Shown here: positions 17,914 to 27,100 of the stretch, piece by piece
Layout of the letters: every line of letters starts with the position of its first letter
Position numbering within the stretch: the first letter of the stretch is position 1
Assembly: GCA_049616325.1 (NCBI GenBank)
Contig: JBMZHG010000006.1
Location: 3,846-67,845 of the forward strand
Direction: 5' to 3'
DNA from: Flavobacteriales bacterium
GTDB taxonomy: Bacteria; Bacteroidota; Bacteroidia; Flavobacteriales_D; Sanyastnellaceae
DNA length: 64,000 nt
Program-made: the position numbers and the translations under genes
Notes under the pieces: model-generated
What the model was told of the DNA's origin: nothing
The model's input: only the letters and a program-made list of their open reading frames with translations
The model's database searches: none

Positions 17914-20253
17914 ATGACCAAAAACTCGATACTCCTTCCTGCCTTGGGCGCTCTGGCGCTGATGTTGGGCCTGCAACTCACCGCCGTGGCCCAGTGTGCG
18001 GACGGCGAAACCGAAGTGGTGGTGGAAATCCTCACGGACAACTACCCCGGTGAAATCACCTGGACGCTTTCGGACGCCAACGGCGTGCTTTTGTCGGGAG
18101 GCCCTTACAGTTCGAACGGCACAACGTACACCGACGCGGTGTGCATCGACAGCGCGGTGGAGTTTCCGTGCCTGCAATTCGTCATCAACGACTCCTACGG
18201 CGACGGCATTTGTTGCGGATACGGCCAAGGTGCGTACACGCTGTACCTCGGCGGCGTAGCCGTGGCCACAGGCGGAAACTACGGGCAGCAAGACATCGTG
18301 CAGTTCGATTGCGCTCCTGGCGCGACGTGCAACGACGCGTTGGCGTTGACCGAGGCCGATTACGGGACGGTGACGCAGTCGTCCGACAACTTTTGGTACA
18401 CGTTTACCCCTCCTGCCAACGGCATGTACACGTTCAGCTCTTGCGGTGCGGCCTGCAACACGACGTTGTACGTCTACGATTACTGCAACATGGGCAACTT
18501 CGACGACACCAACGAGGGATCGATCTACTACGACGACAACCAAGGGGGATGCGGTGAAGAGGCGACGTTGACCATGCTTCTGGAGGGCAACACGCAGTAT
18601 TGGATCCGCTTGGCGTCCAACGACGGAAGCTGTGGAGGATTCGATTGGGTGTTTGATTACGCCGGACCTCCCACGGGATGCACCGATTCCTCGGCGTGCA
18701 ACTACAACCCTTATGCGGAAGTGGACGACGAGTCGTGCGTGTACGAGGGAGACCCTTTGTGCACGGGGCCAGATTTGGTGGTGCTCGCAAGCGCCATCAC
18801 CAGCAGCCTTCAAACGGCCACAATGAACGTCAGCGAAACCGACTGCTACATCGAGGAGGGCTGCCTTAACGGGTTTGGGTCACGGCAGCTCATTCGCTTT
18901 ACGACGCACATCAAGAACATCGGTGAGCTCGACTACTACATTGGCACCACGAGCCAAAACAACACCACCCAGCAATTTGAATGGGGAGCCTGCCACAACC
19001 ACTGGCACTACAAGGGGTATGCGAAGTACGACCTCTTTACCATGGACGGCGGCCTCATCCCGATTGGGTTCAAAAACGGCTTTTGCGTGATGGACTTGGA
19101 ATGCAGCGGAGGCGGCTCTTTCACCTACGGGTGCGGCAACATGGGCATCTCAGCCGGGTGCGGCGACATTTATTCCAGTGGCCTTAGTTGCCAGTGGATT
19201 GACGTTACCGACGTGGAGGACGGGCAGTACCGCTTGGTGGTGCGCGTTAACTGGGATTACGATCCGGACGCGTTGGGCCGGTACGAGACCAACACGGAAA
19301 ACAACTGGGCCGTGGTGTGCATCGAGATTGACCGCAGCAACGGTTTCGCGGTGAACATCATCACGGATTGCCCGACGTTCACGGATTGCAGCGGCACGCC
19401 CTTCGGAACGGCCTTGATTGATTGCAACGGCGAATGCGGCGGGGTGGCCATGGTGGGCGACCTCAACGACGATTTGTTGCAGGACCTCAACGATGCCCAG
19501 GCGTACGTAGAAGGCGTGCTTGGCGGCGACCTCACGCCTGCCCCGTGCAACGACATCAACGGCGACGGAAGCATCTCGCTCGCGGACGCCGCATTCATGG
19601 CGGACTGCCAGTTTTGGAACGAGGCGCACACGCACCCAGACAGCTCGGGCGTTCACAGCCACTGCGAGTTCCCAGTGAACGACATCACCAACCCGTTTGA
19701 CACCACGCACTTCACGATTGCAAGCGTCGACTGGGACAACCAGTACTTTGACGTGCACGTGAAAAACCCAGATGCCCGCATCTACGGTTACCAGTTGCAG
19801 TTTGACGGAGTTGCAATCAGCCAAACCGAAAGCCTCCTCGACCCCGCGGAGGGCTACACAGGCACGCCGTCCCACGCACCGGGAGGCAACCAGGTGGTGA
19901 CGCTCGGTTACGACGGCATGACCGTGCCGAAGCACACGGAGTACGTGCCGCTGCTGCGCGTTCACTGGATCGGCAACGCCAACGGCATGGTTTGCATTTC
20001 AGGGGACCACGAAGTGATGAACGACTACCTCCAAAAGACGCTTCTCAACCTCGACAACCCCTGCCAAGAACAGACCACCCAGGCCTGCCCAGGCGACATG
20101 GACGGCGACGGCGTGGTGACGGTGTCGGACATCCTTGACGTGTTGAGCGAATTCGGCTGCGTCGAAGGCTGTGCAATGGACATCAACGGCGACGGGTCTG
20201 TCAACGTGACGGACGTGCTGGCGGTTCTCTCCGCGTTCGGCACGGCCTGCTGA
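17914..20253 (+). CDS. secreted multi-module protein: Cys-rich modules + lysyl-oxidase-like catalytic domain + cohesin-like module + dockerin-like repeats
   Basis: Signal peptide 'MTKNSILLPALGALALMLGLQLTAVAQ'. LOX motifs are listed in the sub-feature and findings. C-terminal 'DMDGDGVVTVSDILDVLSEFG' and 'DINGDGSVNVTDVLAVLSAFG'. An alternative start at ATG 17851 lies 7 nt after the box TATCTTTT (17836-17843). Confidence 0.85.
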   Translation: MTKNSILLPALGALALMLGLQLTAVAQCADGETEVVVEILTDNYPGEITWTLSDANGVLLSGGPYSSNGTTYTDAVCIDSAVEFPCLQFVINDSYGDGICCGYGQGAYTLYLGGVAVATGGNYGQQDIVQFDCAPGATCNDALALTEADYGTVTQSSDNFWYTFTPPANGMYTFSSCGAACNTTLYVYDYCNMGNFDDTNEGSIYYDDNQGGCGEEATLTMLLEGNTQYWIRLASNDGSCGGFDWVFDYAGPPTGCTDSSACNYNPYAEVDDESCVYEGDPLCTGPDLVVLASAITSSLQTATMNVSETDCYIEEGCLNGFGSRQLIRFTTHIKNIGELDYYIGTTSQNNTTQQFEWGACHNHWHYKGYAKYDLFTMDGGLIPIGFKNGFCVMDLECSGGGSFTYGCGNMGISAGCGDIYSSGLSCQWIDVTDVEDGQYRLVVRVNWDYDPDALGRYETNTENNWAVVCIEIDRSNGFAVNIITDCPTFTDCSGTPFGTALIDCNGECGGVAMVGDLNDDLLQDLNDAQAYVEGVLGGDLTPAPCNDINGDGSISLADAAFMADCQFWNEAHTHPDSSGVHSHCEFPVNDITNPFDTTHFTIASVDWDNQYFDVHVKNPDARIYGYQLQFDGVAISQTESLLDPAEGYTGTPSHAPGGNQVVTLGYDGMTVPKHTEYVPLLRVHWIGNANGMVCISGDHEVMNDYLQKTLLNLDNPCQEQTTQACPGDMDGDGVVTVSDILDVLSEFGCVEGCAMDINGDGSVNVTDVLAVLSAFGTAC
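18766..19341 (+). other. lysyl oxidase (LOX, PF01186-like) catalytic domain
   Basis: 'PDLV', 'RQLIRFTTHIKNIGELDY', 'WGACHNHWHYKGY', 'GFKNGFCVMDLEC', 'GCGDIYSSGLSCQWIDVTDVEDGQYRLVVRVN' match human LOX as recalled from memory: 'PDLV', 'RVLLRFPQRVKNQGTSDF', 'WHSCHQHYH', 'GHKASFCLEDTSC', '[32 protein letters not shown]'. Confidence 0.75.
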
Positions 20254-20296
20254 GCGCCTGACGAGCCTCTGAATTTGGTCCTTCCGGGCTCAAACA

Positions 20297-20335
20297 AAAG
20301 CCTCCCGCTCCTGAGTCAGGAACGAGGGGCTTTTT
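20297..20335. terminator. putative bidirectional intrinsic terminator between convergent genes
   Basis: 'AAAAGCCTCCCGCTCC-TGAGTCA-GGAACGAGGGGCTTTTT': an imperfect GC-rich hairpin flanked by an A4 run and a T5 run. Confidence 0.45.
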
Positions 20336-20376
20336 CTTGAGCCGTCGCGTTGAGGGCGGGCCGGCCTTGGGGTGCG

Positions 20377-20775
20377 TCAGGCTTTCAGGAGTCCTCGGTA
20401 GTGCGGCATGTTGGCGTACACAAGCGCGGCGTTGAGGGCGAAGATGACACTCATGATGACGAGGTGGCTCGGCACCATGAAGATGCCCCACATGAGCATG
20501 CCGACGGCGTAGGGAAAGGCCATGAGGACCCCGAGTTGTTCGCGCCCGGGCAGGACCATCACGATGCCGGCGATGAGCTTGGCGGTGCAGATGAACGGCA
20601 ACAGGAATTTGGTTTCCAGCACCGCAAACACAAAGGCCTGCGCCTCGGGTTCGGGGTAGCCGGTGGCCATGATTGAGGCGTCGCCCCAGTAGATGTTGTA
20701 CAGGTGTTTGGCCCCGGAGCCCAAAAGAACAAGGGCGTAGAGGTACCGAAGGGCAGTGTGCAGTCGCGCGTTCAT
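20377..20775 (-). CDS. small integral membrane protein (DoxX-like, about 4 TM)
   Basis: 132 aa from ATG 20775. Four hydrophobic segments. The family assignment rests only on general resemblance. Confidence 0.55.
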   Translation of the reverse strand: MNARLHTALRYLYALVLLGSGAKHLYNIYWGDASIMATGYPEPEAQAFVFAVLETKFLLPFICTAKLIAGIVMVLPGREQLGVLMAFPYAVGMLMWGIFMVPSHLVIMSVIFALNAALVYANMPHYRGLLKA

Positions 20776-20874
20776 GAGGCACAAGTTCTGCAAATCAAGC
20801 CTCCGTCGAAAGGCCAAAGCAGAAATTTTGCATTCAACGGCGGATGCCACCACCTTTGAAGGCAAGACGTGCTC

Positions 20875-22056
20875 ATGAAAATTTTGTTGATGTCCATTGG
20901 CAGCCGTGGCGACATGGAACCCTTCTTGTCACGTGGCCAACACCTCGCGTCCGAAGGCCATGAGGTTGCGTTTTGTTTTCCGGAGCAGTTTGAAGGTTTG
21001 GCCCACGAAGAGTCCCCCCGTTTTTATCCTCAAGACAAAGCCTTGCTCGACCTCATTCAAGGGCCTGAGATTCGCAAGGTCATGGGTCAGGTGGGCAGTG
21101 GGTTGTCGCGCCTGTTGGCAGTGGTTCGCCTCCTCCGAGGAGTCAAAGCCATTCAGCAACGGTTGATTGAGGATCAAGCGCGTGCGGTGCAGGCCTTTCA
21201 ACCCGACCAGGTGATTTTTCACATCAAGTGCATTTATCCTGTTTTGTGGGCGCTTCGGGAAAATGGACAGGTCAAGATGCTCAGTCCCATGCCTTGTTTG
21301 GTCCACCCTGTGGACAGGCATCCGCACATCGCGTTTGGCAAACCGCGAGGAACACGTTGGAACCGGTTCACATACGTCCTGGCAGAGTTGGCGCTCGTGC
21401 AGCAGAGCATCTTGGGCTACGGAAAAGCCTTCATCCGAGGACGGGGTTGGCACGTCAAGGCGTCGGAAGTCCGTCGGTTTTTCCGGGATGAATTGGCGGT
21501 GGACTACGCCTACGAGCCGGCTCTGTTTGAGCGGCCGGACTCGTGGCCGGACCGCGCATGTGTAACGGGGTTTCGCGAGCGCACCAAACCGAAGGATCAT
21601 CTGGGTTCCTCGGAATTGGCGGCTTTTTTGAAGGCCCACCAACGGGTCCTGTACGTTGGCTTTGGAAGCATGGTCAACGACAAGCCTCATACGGTTGCAG
21701 AAGACGTGATTGCCGTGTGTGGAGAACGGGGATTCGCGGTGGTGATGAACCGTTCGTGGGGTGGGTTGGAGCCTCCAGACACGGTTCCGAATCATGTGTT
21801 CGTGGTCGACAACGTGCCCTTCGAATGGCTCTTTCCGAAGGTGTCGGCGGCGGTGCATCACGGGGGGGCGGGAACGACGCACAGCGCTTTTCGCTGCGGC
21901 GTGCCACAGGCCATTGTGCCCCACATTGCGGACCAGTTTTTTTGGTCGCGGCAAGCAGTCAACAAAGGCGCAGGCGTGGAGGGGTTCCCCATCAAAAAGT
22001 GGTCACGACAGCGTTTCGCGGAAGTCGTAGCCGCCCTTGAAAGCCGCATATGCTGA
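20875..22056 (+). CDS. GT1-family UDP-glycosyltransferase (MGT / sterol-glucosyltransferase-like)
   Basis: 'ILLMSIGSRGDMEPFLSRGQHLASEGHEV' (GT28-type N-terminus). 'HHGGAGTTHSAFRCGVPQAIVPHIADQFFW' (UDPGT signature region). Confidence 0.85.
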   Translation: MKILLMSIGSRGDMEPFLSRGQHLASEGHEVAFCFPEQFEGLAHEESPRFYPQDKALLDLIQGPEIRKVMGQVGSGLSRLLAVVRLLRGVKAIQQRLIEDQARAVQAFQPDQVIFHIKCIYPVLWALRENGQVKMLSPMPCLVHPVDRHPHIAFGKPRGTRWNRFTYVLAELALVQQSILGYGKAFIRGRGWHVKASEVRRFFRDELAVDYAYEPALFERPDSWPDRACVTGFRERTKPKDHLGSSELAAFLKAHQRVLYVGFGSMVNDKPHTVAEDVIAVCGERGFAVVMNRSWGGLEPPDTVPNHVFVVDNVPFEWLFPKVSAAVHHGGAGTTHSAFRCGVPQAIVPHIADQFFWSRQAVNKGAGVEGFPIKKWSRQRFAEVVAALESRIC

Positions 22057-22088
22057 TTGGGCAAGGCTCGGCAGGCGCGACGGAAGAA

Positions 22089-22280
22089 TCAGTCGCAAGC
22101 CTCACCGAACACGGAAAGCAGCATGAGCAAGTCGGAGGTTTCCACCAACCCTGACTCGTTCAAGTCGCCGAGGCACATGTCTCCTCCAAGGCTGTTGCCA
22201 TCGCAATCCATCCCGAGAGCGGGGAACAAGCACGATCCGTCGTCGTCCTCTGCCCACGTTTCAAGGGCGCCAAACCGCGG
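22089..22280 (-). pseudogene. out-of-frame dockerin-like coding remnant just downstream of the BNR gene; a possible frameshifted C-terminus
   Basis: My own translation of the minus strand: 'PRFGALETWAEDDDGSCLFPALGMDCDGNSLGGDMCLGDLNESGLVETSDLLMLLSVFGEACD*' (stop at 22089-22091). The frame opens at 22280, overlapping the last codons of the BNR ORF in another frame. Confidence 0.4.
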
Positions 22281-23487
22281 TCATGACATGGGGAGACGGC
22301 CGAGGGTTGGTCCATGCCAACAGGACACCCTCATCCAAGCCCGTGAGGGCCGGAAAGCCCCCGGCCCGCTGTTCGCTTGCGGCCACGAGAATCTCAGGGC
22401 CCATTCGCACCGGATTTCCGAAGTTGTCCCAGTGCATGCCCACCCAATCGACCCCTCCGGTGGAATTGGCTTGAAGCCAGACGCTGTAGAAATGCCCGCG
22501 GCCGTCCACCGCGACATCCACACGGCCGAGTGGGTCAAAGGTGTGCTGTGTCGTGGGTTCATCGAACGAAGCCGCCCCGGCCTCCCGCCACGCTGCCAGG
22601 ATTCGTGGCTCGTTGTTCGCAGCGGTGTACCACGAGGCTAAAAATCGTTGCCCGTTGCCCACCAAAGCCGCGCCGTTGACGGGGCAACCGGCAATTTCCC
22701 AACCGTCGCGGTGCAGGGTTCCCAACGACGCCCAAGTCCCGGCAGAGGCGTCGATGTTCATCCGGCTGAAATCACGGATTTCCCCGGGCTCCCGGTCCCG
22801 GTAGATCAGCTCGTACTCGGTGTCCGAGGTCGGGGCGACGGTCACGGGACAACACGTGCAAGCCGAGGAATCGAGAACCACCTCTGTTTGCCACGAATCG
22901 CCTTGAGGCCAACAGTTCATGCGAACCTCCATGCGCGCCTGCGAGGGGTCGGGGTGCCCATCGAAGTCGCGGCCATCGAGCCAAACCAAGCAGGCACCCT
23001 GTTCCGTCGGAAGCCACTTGGCGAATCCATGTTCAGCCACAGCAGTGTCGTTGTGAGGCCGTGTTGGATTGGACCAGGTTCGTCCGCCATCCTCGCTGCG
23101 GACCGTGGAGATGGAATACACAAAGTCACCCCGGTCGTCCAGGGTAAGCCAGTGGCCGAAGGCCTGGCCGTCCCGTCCAAAAGCAAGTTGCGGTCGGTCC
23201 GCCCAGTTGACGAGCATGGACGTGTCGGTGCCGACCGTGGCCAAATTCTCCCAACCGTTGCCGGACCACGTCATGCATTGAAAGGCGTGGGTGCGCCCCC
23301 CTGATTCGTCGATTTGGACGAACGCGAGGACGGGTTGGCTGTCAGGACCCGCCAACAATTGGGGCACCTGGGTTCCCGCAGGGAGGGTGCAAAGTTGTGT
23401 GAGCGGAGTGTCGGCCTCCCGGCATCCGCACAAAACCGCAACCCAAACAACCAGACAGGTTCGCCTCGTCATGGTGGAGCATGTCAT
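22261..23487 (-). CDS. BNR/Asp-box repeat (sialidase-fold) lipoprotein
   Basis: Asp-box 'SEDGGRTWS'. Lipobox 'VLCGC'. ATG 23487 has the box TACCTTGC 6 nt upstream. ATG 23472 is an alternative start. Confidence 0.75.
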   Translation of the reverse strand: MTCSTMTRRTCLVVWVAVLCGCREADTPLTQLCTLPAGTQVPQLLAGPDSQPVLAFVQIDESGGRTHAFQCMTWSGNGWENLATVGTDTSMLVNWADRPQLAFGRDGQAFGHWLTLDDRGDFVYSISTVRSEDGGRTWSNPTRPHNDTAVAEHGFAKWLPTEQGACLVWLDGRDFDGHPDPSQARMEVRMNCWPQGDSWQTEVVLDSSACTCCPVTVAPTSDTEYELIYRDREPGEIRDFSRMNIDASAGTWASLGTLHRDGWEIAGCPVNGAALVGNGQRFLASWYTAANNEPRILAAWREAGAASFDEPTTQHTFDPLGRVDVAVDGRGHFYSVWLQANSTGGVDWVGMHWDNFGNPVRMGPEILVAASEQRAGGFPALTGLDEGVLLAWTNPRPSPHVMTAVWRP

Positions 23488-23585
23488 CGCCAAGCAAGGT
23501 AGGCCTTGGCAGGGGATGGACGACCGGGCTCAATGAAGGCCTCCATCGAATGGGTTGTGCCCAGTGGATCGGTTCGAGAGAGGCA

Positions 23586-23822
23586 CTAGCGAATGACCCC
23601 GGCCAAAAACATCAGTCCGAGGTCGATCAGCGACCCGAACACGGTGAGACGATTGCGCTTGGAATTGTCGCTGAAGTCCAAATTGTGGCTGTGCCAGCAC
23701 GTCACGGAATCGCCCTCAAATTCGATGACCAAACCGCCCCGGACGTCGAATTCGTCGCTTTGCAAGTCTTCAATCGTGGGGGGGTCGTAGGTTGGGTCTC
23801 CTCCAGGACACAGGCATTTCAA
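23586..23822 (-). CDS. hypothetical small protein with hydrophobic C-terminus; possibly the 3' part of a frameshifted about 110-aa gene starting at ATG 23922
   Basis: 78-aa TTG-initiated ORF ending 'RLTVFGSLIDLGLMFLAGVIR'. An ATG ORF (23922 downwards, 'MPDTVREFQAEDDVFATWAYAAPPNGNYIGAVPF..') runs into it in a different frame. Confidence 0.25.
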   Translation of the reverse strand: MKCLCPGGDPTYDPPTIEDLQSDEFDVRGGLVIEFEGDSVTCWHSHNLDFSDNSKRNRLTVFGSLIDLGLMFLAGVIR

Positions 23823-24145
23823 AGGGGACGGCTCCGATGTAATTGCCGTTGGGGGGAGCAGCGTAAGCCCACGTTGCGAACACGTCGTCTTCGGCTTGAA
23901 ATTCTCGAACGGTGTCTGGCATTTGAAATGTCGATGATTTTGTCGTCAAGCGTAAGCGCCCAAGGGCAATCCGTGTGACAAAGAGGAGCCTTGCACCTCG
24001 TCAGAACGCCAAATCTTGGGGTTGTCTCCTGACGCGCAACTTGCGTGAAGATGCGTTTGAGGAGGGTGAAAACCTGCTAACGCAGCCCTCCCCAACGACG
24101 ACAGTTGCGAAGGCGACGCTATCTTTCCTTCCAAACCCAACTCCC

Positions 24146-27100
24146 ATGGCCTTACCCAAACCTCACGCTCTCGCGGCATCGATCTTGATGTTGCTGCTTT
24201 CAACTGTGACTACCTGGTCCCAATCTTCGCCGTGTGCCCCTCCCAATTCAAGGGCGTACACGTCGTTCAACAACGTCCGGGCGCTGATTGAAAATCGGGG
24301 CTCGATGTGGCAAGACCGAAAAACGAGCACGGCTAGTTATGAAGTGCCGGCGGGAGAGGGGGTGTCGACGTTTTACGCAGGCTCCTTGTGGCTGGGCGGG
24401 GTTTCCCAGTCAGGGCAATTGGCCGTTGCCGCCAACACGTTTTCGCAGGGCACAGATTTCTATCCGGGCCCCCTGGAGCAGGATGTTTTGCAGGCTGACG
24501 CGCAGCGCTGCCTGGCGTACGACGAAATTTTTCGCATCCGTCGTGCAGACGTGTCGCGCCACATCGCGTACCACGAGGCGGTGGCGGCAGGTACGGCAGA
24601 GGTGGATTTTCCCAACGGCTATGTCACTCCGGAGTCCATTTTGCGGTGGCCCGCACAAGGAAACATGGTTGGCGTGATGGGCCAGCCGTTGGCGCCGTTT
24701 CTGGATGCCAATGGAGACGGCGTTTACACTCCTGAGGAAGGGGACAGCCCTGCCTTTGGAGACGACGGGTGCGACGTCGCTTTTGCGGACGCATTGCACG
24801 GGGACGAGGTGTTGTTTTGGGTGATCAACGACGAAGGGGTTCATCAAGAGTCGCAAGGGGAACCGCTTGGGGTGGAGATTCATTGCCAAGCGTGGGGCTG
24901 GGAAGAGGCGTCGGAGAACCTCAGCAACACAACGTTTTACACGCACAAGGTGATCAACCGGAGCAGCAACACGTACTCGGATTTCTACGCGGGTTGGTGG
25001 GCCGATGCAGATGTAGGAACCGCAACGGATGACTACGTGGGCTGCGACGTGTCCCGAGGCATGGGGTACGCCTTCAACGGGGATGTGATTGACGAAGCCT
25101 CGAGCAGTTCTCTGGGTTACGGCGAGTTTCCTCCCGCCGCCGGACTTGATTTCGTGCTTGGGATGCAAGAAGATCCAGACAATTCAGACAACCCGTTGAC
25201 CGAGGACTACGACGAAGCCTTTTTGAACCAGGGTTTGATGTACGCCGGCGCGGGAACGGGTTTTGGGGACGGCGTGGTGGACAACGAACGCCGCGGGATG
25301 TCGCATTTCGTCTACTACAACAATTCAGGCAACCCCATCAACGGAGAGCCATCCACGGCCGTGCATTTCTACAACTACTTGCAAGCGGTGTGGAAGAACG
25401 GCGCGCCCATGTTGTTCGGAGGAGACGGCGTCAACACTGCACTTGGCGCGTTGGAGGATGTTCTCGCCAATTCAATGTTCGCGGGAGAGTCCGACCCGTT
25501 GTTTTGGTCCACGGGCGGCGTTGACCCCGGCGTTGACCCTTGGACCGAGGTCAGTTCGGGCAACCCGCCAGCCGACCGTCGGTTCGTGATGTCCATGGGC
25601 CCAGCAACGCTGGAGTCTGGAGGGAGCAAGGATTTCACCATGGCGACGCTTTGGGCCAGGGACACTACGGAAGTCGATGCAAGCGTGGCGGCGCTCGAAG
25701 CAGTCTCGGACGAAGTCCAGCAACTGTTTGACAGTTGCTTTGAGGGCATGGGGTGCATGGACCCGACGGCGACCAACTACGATCCTGACGCGGTGCTGAG
25801 CACACCTGGCGCGTGCGTCCCCTACGAGTACGGATGTGGAACGATGGAAGCGGCCATGTGGGAGGCCCAAGGCTGGGACATTCAGTTCGCGGAAGCGCTG
25901 GTGGAGCTGGAATTTGGCAATGCGCCCGAGGAGTTCCACTTGGTGGTTTCCTCGGAGTCGCAGGGCTTTGCGGTGAATCACATCCAATTGACAGACGCTC
26001 AGGGCCTTCCCAACGGGCTGTCCTACGCTTCAGCCGACGTGTATGAATCGGGCGTGATTCATTGCGTCCTGCTCGAGGGCGCGCCTCTGGAAACGGGCGT
26101 GTATGAAACCACGTGGGAGGCTTTGGTGTCGGGCAACGAAGGGGAGGAGGCCACGGTTGAGTTGGGGCTGACTTTGGTTGTTGCCGCCAAACCACATGGT
26201 GGAGCGCTGGATGGGTTGGCGAGTTACCCGGTGACCAAGAGAGAGGGTCGGGGTTCCGGGTTGCGCAGGCTTCAATTGACGGAAGAATCGGAGCAGGTTC
26301 TGTTGAACAGTCCCAACGGCCGTGCGGATGAGGTGACCTACCGGCCTGGGTTGGGGCCGATTGACGTGTATGCGCTCCCCGGGTTTTACGATTCAGCGGA
26401 CTACACGGTGGCGTTCACGTCGCTCGACGATTTGCTGGCGTTGCCTTACACGATCACCAACGAAACCACGGGAGAATCGCTGAACAACGTCTTTACCGTG
26501 GAATCGGACATGCATCTCTATGCGCAGTGGGGAATTGCATTGGGCATGGACGTGTTGGAGTACCCTTCGTCGGCCGACGCGCCCCTGTACATCCATTCGA
26601 GGGTGGTGCATCCGGATTCGGCTCAATGGTATTCTGGGCACCCCGACACCGAGGGATTTTCAGACAACAACTGGATTCGCTCGGGCATCCGGGACAGCGG
26701 GCAAGAATTTGAGTATCTCTTCAATGACCTCACGGACTGCGAGGAGGTCTACGAAACAGCGCTGGGCGGCACGTGGGCGCCTTATGCCGTCGCCGCGTAC
26801 ACGGACGACAATGTCTTCTATCCATTTACGGGAGAGACCCTTGGACAATGGCCTCTTGTCGCGCCGACCAAAGCGAGTTTGCGGATGCTGCCCGGGTTCA
26901 ACAAACCCACTGCAACCACCAGCGTGTCGGTTGTGTTCACGTCGGACAAAACCAAATGGACGCGCTCTCCTGTGCTGGAAATGCAACCTTATCCGGAGTT
27001 GGCTGAAAACGATTTGGGCTTGGAAATGGAAAAGATGTTTCTTCGCAGCCACGCGTCGGTGGACAAGAATGGACTGACTCAGTCTGAGGGGGGGAATGCA

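Noticed and set aside
22057-22641. 194-aa plus-strand ORF after the GT1 gene
   Set aside because: It overlaps the BNR gene and the dockerin-like remnant on the opposite strand. The translation is S/P/R-rich with no motifs.
23481-23978. 165-aa plus-strand ORF in the BNR / T9SS-cargo intergenic region
   Set aside because: No signal, motif or protein-like composition. The minus-strand reading looks more protein-like, although it is itself doubtful.
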